64,000 nt of DNA from an uncultured Clostridia bacterium (GTDB taxonomy: Bacteria; Bacillota_I; Bacilli_A; RF39; UBA660). The notes beneath the pieces are model-generated. The model saw nothing but the letters and a program-made list of their open reading frames with translations. It was not told the DNA's origin and did not search any database. Where the stretch lies: contig CAMVCF010000001.1 of the NCBI GenBank assembly GCA_947165945.1, positions 957-64,956 of the forward strand, in the 5' to 3' direction. Shown one piece after another: positions 58,682-64,000 of this stretch (positions are counted from its first letter, which is position 1; every line of letters begins with the position of its first letter). Both the position numbers and the translations under genes were made by a program.

Positions 58682-59878
58682 TTACTCTCCTTTTTCTATT
58701 AAACTATAATATTTGTTTATTTCATCTAAATTATCATAATCATGATTTTTCAAATATGAAGTAATACTATTATATAATTCTTTATTACTTAAAATTTTGT
58801 AAATATTACTGGCAATATTTTCAGCTCCAAAATCAGTAATAATACCCTCTTTTCCAACTTTAATTTGATCTTTTGCACTATTATAATTAGTAATTACAAT
58901 TGGTCTTCCTAACATTTTAGCTTCATCTATAACCATTGACTTTCCTTCAAAAAAGGATGTTTGAACAATTAAATCGGCATTTAAAATATATGGATATGGA
59001 TTAGACTTTGTACCTATAAATTTTGTATAACTCATAATATCAAGTTGTTGTTGCTTTTTTTCTAATTCTTCTAAAAGCTCACCATCACCAATAAAATACC
59101 ATTCAATGTCTAATTTGTATTTTTCCTTTAATAATTTTGCAACATCAAGTGCAACATCAAATCCTTTTAATTTTATTAATCTTCCAATAGAAAGCAAGCA
59201 AATTTTATCTTTATTATATTCTTTAGGGTAAAATTGAGTAGATTTTTCTCTTATTTTTTTTGAAGATGTTATATTTTCTAATATACGTATTTTCTCTTTT
59301 TTAAGTGAAAAAACTTTTTCTAAAGAATTAGCACAAGTAGAAGAAATTGTAACAACATTATCAACTTTATTAAAATAATTATTAATGAAAGAAATTGTCT
59401 CATTAGAAAAGTTTAAAGATGAACAATCTGTATGAATCCATGCAATTTTTTTATCAGCACTTACTTTATCAACAAGATAATATAATGGTTCCCATTGAAC
59501 AAAAGAAATAGCAACATCATATTTTATTTGCAAATTTGGAATTAATCTCTTATATCCCAAACTCCATCTTAATTGCTTCTTTCTTCTTTTATTTATACAA
59601 ACTGCCATAAGTGAATATAAATATCTAAAAAATTTATATTTAACATTTTTAAATTTTTTTGCTCCAAATAAAATAGATACATATTCATCTGAAATAATAT
59701 TTACTTCTCTTGGTAATTCATTTAAAAATATGCCTTCTTTTTTTAATAAAAACAAATCAACATCATATTTTGTAAAGTCAAACTCATTTAATAAATTAAC
59801 TAAACTTTTTTCAGCACCACCATTATATAAATGATATATAATAAATAAAATTTTCTTTTTTTTCATTTTTGTCACCAA
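58682..59878 (-). CDS. Family 4 (GT-B) glycosyltransferase
   Basis: C-terminal SFFEGKSMVIDEAKMLGRPIVITN, an EX7E-like motif. Confidence 0.7.
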   Translation of the reverse strand: MVTKMKKKKILFIIYHLYNGGAEKSLVNLLNEFDFTKYDVDLFLLKKEGIFLNELPREVNIISDEYVSILFGAKKFKNVKYKFFRYLYSLMAVCINKRRKKQLRWSLGYKRLIPNLQIKYDVAISFVQWEPLYYLVDKVSADKKIAWIHTDCSSLNFSNETISFINNYFNKVDNVVTISSTCANSLEKVFSLKKEKIRILENITSSKKIREKSTQFYPKEYNKDKICLLSIGRLIKLKGFDVALDVAKLLKEKYKLDIEWYFIGDGELLEELEKKQQQLDIMSYTKFIGTKSNPYPYILNADLIVQTSFFEGKSMVIDEAKMLGRPIVITNYNSAKDQIKVGKEGIITDFGAENIASNIYKILSNKELYNSITSYLKNHDYDNLDEINKYYSLIEKGE

Positions 59879-59886
59879 CTTCTTAA

Positions 59887-60963
59887 CTATAATCGCGATA
59901 TATGTCTCAAAACGCTATCTGTTAAATCACCAAATAATGGTCCATTAATACATTGACTTTTATCTGTCATACCAATATCTTTTAAATTTATTTCTATTAC
60001 AATAGGATTACCTGTCTCATCAACTGTTATATCCCAGCCGACAAGTCCAAATACAGAAATAAGTGGATGTAATTTTATAACCTCATTTTTAATTTTATCA
60101 TAAAATGGCATTTGTTTATTTACAAATTTTTCTTTTATAATATTATCTTTTATTTCTTCATTGTTAATATTAACTATATAATCAGAAAATCTCCCATCAT
60201 CTTTTACAACTATTTGAATTCCTCCACCACTCGCATTATCAACTCTCATACCTTCTTTTCCAACTCTTAAAACCATATAAAGTATATGTACATCTCCCTC
60301 ATATAAAAACGATAATACTCTAACTGTATTAATTGAACTTTCATTAAATTTATTAAATTCTGGATGTTGTTTTACTACTCTTTGAATAACATAATCTTTT
60401 TCATTATATATAATATTTTTAATTAAATCAATATCATTTTTTTTAAAAAATAATATTCCTCTTCCACCACCACTTTCAACAGCTGGCTTATAGATTAATT
60501 CTCCATTTTCTTTTTTTAAAATATCCATTATTAAATTTTCATTGACTAAATTGTAATCATTATCCAATAATACTCCATTAATATTTCTAATCACCGTAAA
60601 AGGTAAAGAAGCTTTTTTTAATAATAAATCCAAATAGTTTTTATTAGAAGCAAACATGGTAAGCATACTATCATTAAAAAATGGCTCTATTTTTGAATGA
60701 AAAATTAACTTTGTTATATATCTTGAATCCTTTTTAGCTTTTTTATTATTATAAAATTGAAATTCTTTTAAACAAATATTTATATGATACCTTTTCCAAT
60801 ATTTTTTTATTTTTTTCTTATAATCTTTATCTAGTTTTTCATAATTAGAAAAATTTTTATATTGTTTATATAAATATACATATTTTATAATCATTGATGA
60901 CTTTTTTTGATAATTTTTCTTTATTAATTTATCTAATTTATCTCTAAAACCTGTACCTTTCAT
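59887..60963 (-). CDS. ATP-grasp domain protein (sugar-transfer-associated type)
   Basis: KPAVESGGGRGILFF...RVGKEGMRVDNASGGGIQIVV...VIEINL, ATP-grasp-like segments. Confidence 0.45.
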   Translation of the reverse strand: MKGTGFRDKLDKLIKKNYQKKSSMIIKYVYLYKQYKNFSNYEKLDKDYKKKIKKYWKRYHINICLKEFQFYNNKKAKKDSRYITKLIFHSKIEPFFNDSMLTMFASNKNYLDLLLKKASLPFTVIRNINGVLLDNDYNLVNENLIMDILKKENGELIYKPAVESGGGRGILFFKKNDIDLIKNIIYNEKDYVIQRVVKQHPEFNKFNESSINTVRVLSFLYEGDVHILYMVLRVGKEGMRVDNASGGGIQIVVKDDGRFSDYIVNINNEEIKDNIIKEKFVNKQMPFYDKIKNEVIKLHPLISVFGLVGWDITVDETGNPIVIEINLKDIGMTDKSQCINGPLFGDLTDSVLRHISRL

Positions 60964-60982
60964 ATCTTACTGCCTTTCAATA

Positions 60983-62086
60983 TTATTTATAATCTTGACT
61001 ATATATTTTTTCTAATTGTAAAGTACTTGATTCAATTGAAAAACCATTTTTTTCAAGTAATAAACATGCTTCTTTGGATTTTTTTCTTCGTATATCATCA
61101 TTATAAATCTCTATTTTAGAAATTGTCTTATACCACATTTCAGAATCTTGATTGATTGGTAAAAAACATACTAAATCAGATACCTTACATTCTTTTGTAA
61201 TTTTATCAGAAATAATTGATGGAAGTCCAGATGCTTGCCATTCTATAACAACATTGGGTAATCCTTCAAAAAGTGATGGAAACAACATGAGATCCATTGC
61301 CTGTAAATATTCTGAAACATTATCCACATTTCCTAGAAAACTAACAACATGACTCAATCCTAAATCTTTTACTTTTTTCTTTATTTCAGGCATTTTAAAG
61401 CCATATCCCATTAAAAATAATCTGACATTTTTATTATGTTTATATATTTCATTAAATATATCTATTAAAAAAACATGATTTTTTTGTTTATTAAAGAATC
61501 CTACATGTCCTATAGCAATTTCTTGAGTTAAATTTAATTCTTTTCTTTTTTTAATTCTTTTAGAAACATTAAATTTAAAACTATCTAAATCCTTACCATT
61601 ATGTATAACTATAAATTTTTTGTTAGGAAATAGCCACTCACCAGCCTCTTTTCCACAAGCAAGCGCTACATTATATGATCTATTAAAAGAAAATCTTAAT
61701 ATTTTGTCTAGCCATGGTCTATCACAAGTTGTATTACGACTATGTGCTATTCTAGTTTTTATTTTGCATTTTTTAGCAATTTGCAATTCAATTAACATTA
61801 AAGTTGAACTACCAAAAACATGAATAACATCATATTTATTATCGATCATTTTTTTCTTTAATAATTTACAATATAAAAATAATTTTTTCTTTCTATTTGG
61901 AAGAATAATAATTTTACTATTTTTTTTATATAAATCTATAATATCCTTATTATCATTTTCAAAAGCAACAACATGAATATCAAATTTATCTTTATTAATA
62001 TTTTTTAAATATCCAAGTTGTGATAAACAAATGCCATTTTTTCTTAAACCAGTTGTTATAATCCATAATACCTTTATTTTTTTCAT
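60983..62086 (-). CDS. Family 4 (GT-B) glycosyltransferase
   Basis: FPSLFEGLPNVVIEWQASGLPSIISD. Confidence 0.8.
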   Translation of the reverse strand: MKKIKVLWIITTGLRKNGICLSQLGYLKNINKDKFDIHVVAFENDNKDIIDLYKKNSKIIILPNRKKKLFLYCKLLKKKMIDNKYDVIHVFGSSTLMLIELQIAKKCKIKTRIAHSRNTTCDRPWLDKILRFSFNRSYNVALACGKEAGEWLFPNKKFIVIHNGKDLDSFKFNVSKRIKKRKELNLTQEIAIGHVGFFNKQKNHVFLIDIFNEIYKHNKNVRLFLMGYGFKMPEIKKKVKDLGLSHVVSFLGNVDNVSEYLQAMDLMLFPSLFEGLPNVVIEWQASGLPSIISDKITKECKVSDLVCFLPINQDSEMWYKTISKIEIYNDDIRRKKSKEACLLLEKNGFSIESSTLQLEKIYSQDYK

Positions 62087-62101
62087 ATAACCACCTATAA
62101 A

Positions 62102-63055
62102 TTATCTCTTCTGATAATCCATTATTTTTTTATCTAATATTTTTCCTTTTTCAGTAATTTTACAATTAATCATAGTTTCATCATATGTTTCTTCTATTAA
62201 TTGATCTATATACCTAGATGTTACTTTTGAAAGCTCTGAAGAAATAGTTTTATAAACAAGAGATGGAGTATGATCAACTGCATAATGAGCAATTCCATTT
62301 ACATAATAAATTGGATTTTCAAATGTAGTCGGAATACTAGTTTCAATAGCTCCATTTCGATCACAGCTAATATCAATAATTAAAGCACCTTTTTTCATAT
62401 TTTTTAAATTTTCTTTATAAATAATATGATCTTTTCTATTAACATCCCAAAGTACAGCATTAACTACTATATCAAATTCATTTAGTTCTTTTCTTAGTAA
62501 TTCTTCCATTCTTCTATTATATACTTTTACTTTAGCACCAAGTTGTGTTAAAACTCTATATGCCCCACGTGATGTATTACCATTACCAATAATAGCAATA
62601 TTAGCGTCATACGGCATTATTCCATGTAAAATAAGCGCGTGCATAACTGCAGCTTCTCCAGCAACTTCATTATTTCTCCAATATGAATGTCTTCCATTTT
62701 CAAACATATCTTCCCAAGCAAAAGCAGTTAGTTCATTATCAACTAACATATCTGCTATATCTTTATTTTGTACTGCATGAATCCAACCAAAAATAATTTT
62801 ATTTTTTAATTCTTTTAAATATTTAGCATCTCCTATTTTAGGATCAACAATTATATCTTTTTTTAAAATATCATCTCGATTAACTACATTACAACCATGA
62901 CTTAAATATTCTTTATCATCAATATTTAAATCCCTTCCATATCCTTCTTCAACATATACAAATTGTTTATTATTTACATTTACCAAATCACTTGGTATTA
63001 AGCATATTCTTTTTTCATTTTCTTTATCACTTTTTATAAATCCGACGGTTTTCAT
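62102..63055 (-). CDS. N5-(carboxyethyl)ornithine synthase-like / alanine dehydrogenase-PNT family NAD(P)-dependent enzyme
   Basis: MKTVGFIKSDKENEKRICLIP...IAIIGNGNTSRGA (Rossmann)...VDHTPS. Same length and layout as Lactococcus Ceo. Confidence 0.5.
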   Translation of the reverse strand: MKTVGFIKSDKENEKRICLIPSDLVNVNNKQFVYVEEGYGRDLNIDDKEYLSHGCNVVNRDDILKKDIIVDPKIGDAKYLKELKNKIIFGWIHAVQNKDIADMLVDNELTAFAWEDMFENGRHSYWRNNEVAGEAAVMHALILHGIMPYDANIAIIGNGNTSRGAYRVLTQLGAKVKVYNRRMEELLRKELNEFDIVVNAVLWDVNRKDHIIYKENLKNMKKGALIIDISCDRNGAIETSIPTTFENPIYYVNGIAHYAVDHTPSLVYKTISSELSKVTSRYIDQLIEETYDETMINCKITEKGKILDKKIMDYQKR

Positions 63056-63933
63056 TTTTTTCTCCTTAATTCAATCATTTCACCAAGTTTCATTTGGGCA
63101 TCATAGGTATAATTACTATCTATACAACCAGCTGGTGTAAACGTCAATTCACCAAATATAGTTTTGCCTTCATAATCATAAAAATCTACTCTAACAAATT
63201 TAAATGGTTTTGATAATATTCTAGCATATTTATACATTTCATCAATACATTTTGGTTTTTCTAAATTAAATGTCTTAGGTGCATTAATACCTGCAGGATT
63301 AATTCTCATTAGTTTCCAATCCTTATCCATAAAATAATACGTAGGCTTGCCAAGATTTCTACCAATGCAAACCATACAAAACTCTGGTTTACCATTAAAA
63401 CAATATATTTTATAATCTTCTATAGCATTACCATCTTTTGACTTTAAAAATTTTTCACATATAATTTTTTTATTAATATTTTTATATTGCATCTCAGCGA
63501 CAAACTTCCAATAATTAGTCTTTAACCATATATTTAATTGTTTTTTTGTTTTACTAAAATCAAGTTTTGTTTTATCACTACAGATTATATTAAAACCTGC
63601 AGCATGATTACATTTTAAGACAAAAGAATTTGGTAGGTTATCGAAATCAATATCATAAGCATTATCATAGACAGCAATTAAGTCATTTAGTATTTCATCA
63701 CAACCACATTCCTTTACATACTCTCTAACAAGATATTTATCAGCACATTTAACAATTAAATCATTTTTTTCATACTCATTGTGTTTTAACCACATTAATT
63801 TTTCATTGAAATTTTGAGGATTGTTTAAATTTAATTTTTTCTTAATTTTTATACGATAATATATCTTACTTGTTAAAGTAGGAGAAAAAGTTGATATAAC
63901 CGACATTATCTTTCTAAATATTTCTCTATTCAT
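63052..63933 (-). CDS. TupA-like ATP-grasp (teichuronopeptide-type amidoligase) protein
   Basis: NLNNPQNFNEKLMWLKHNEYEKNDLIVKCADKYLVREYV... Start taken at the ATG after RBS AGGTGA; the ORF track starts it at 63942. Confidence 0.6.
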   Translation of the reverse strand: MNREIFRKIMSVISTFSPTLTSKIYYRIKIKKKLNLNNPQNFNEKLMWLKHNEYEKNDLIVKCADKYLVREYVKECGCDEILNDLIAVYDNAYDIDFDNLPNSFVLKCNHAAGFNIICSDKTKLDFSKTKKQLNIWLKTNYWKFVAEMQYKNINKKIICEKFLKSKDGNAIEDYKIYCFNGKPEFCMVCIGRNLGKPTYYFMDKDWKLMRINPAGINAPKTFNLEKPKCIDEMYKYARILSKPFKFVRVDFYDYEGKTIFGELTFTPAGCIDSNYTYDAQMKLGEMIELRRKK

Positions 63934-63942
63934 TAAAATCAC

Positions 63943-64000
63943 CTACTTCTCAATAAATTCTTCTATACTTTCTATTATTTTATCTGTATTAGATATGTAT
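63943..64000 (-). CDS. 3' end (19 codons) of an upstream glycan-locus gene running off the window
   Basis: The open frame ends ...IESIEEFIEK* with stop at 63943-63945 just before the next RBS. Confidence 0.3.
   Translation of the reverse strand, partial: YISNTDKIIESIEEFIEK

Noticed and set aside
1-64000. Alternative genetic code (UGA=Trp, Mollicutes-like) suggested by the extreme AT content
   Set aside because: TGG is used for Trp in conserved motifs. TGA terminates several well-conserved genes (for example the YozG-like HTH and the second XRE domain), and gene lengths match standard-code expectations.

Overview
This is a very AT-rich (about 26-28% GC), standard-code, low-GC Firmicutes window from a spore-former (it encodes germination protease GPR and surface proteins with TasA/SipW-type N-termini). 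Housekeeping genes make up most of it: purB, sufC-sufD-sufS, ffh, gpr, rpsT, yidD, tRNA-Gln, scpA/scpB, a dcw fragment (divIB/ftsQ-murB-murG), rdgB, tRNA-Met/Ile(CAT), tRNA-Leu, rsmI, a type-2 ileS behind a T-box leader, dinB-like, tspO and nrdD/nrdG. Accessory content includes an IS256-family element (19284-20679) with an 8-bp target duplication, inserted into a bidirectional terminator. Downstream of the tRNA pair lies an island (about 21.9-29.8 kb) with a MutH/Sau3AI-family nuclease-like ORF, unknown proteins, an Abi_2 (AbiD/F) gene overlapping an HtrA protease, and a DUF2975/yozG-like HTH/membrane trio. A disrupted AbiEi-like gene and a KilA-N gene are also present. A glycan (teichuronic/CPS-like) locus runs from 52.6 kb to the window edge and carries two ATP-grasp ligases and a CEOS-like dehydrogenase. 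The most unusual feature is a four-gene operon (38266-44266, minus strand): an 810-aa tandem ClpX-like AAA+ protein, a catalytically degenerate iPGM paralogue, a DUF1538-like duplicated membrane protein and a tandem P-II-like protein. Other notable observations are the nrdD glycyl-radical domain encoded as a separate 51-aa ORF, a G8/C8 homopolymer in the promoter of a BspA-type LRR surface protein, and a shared direct-repeat motif (TGTCGAAT-N2-TGTCGAA) at two promoters. I found no CRISPR array and no rRNA.
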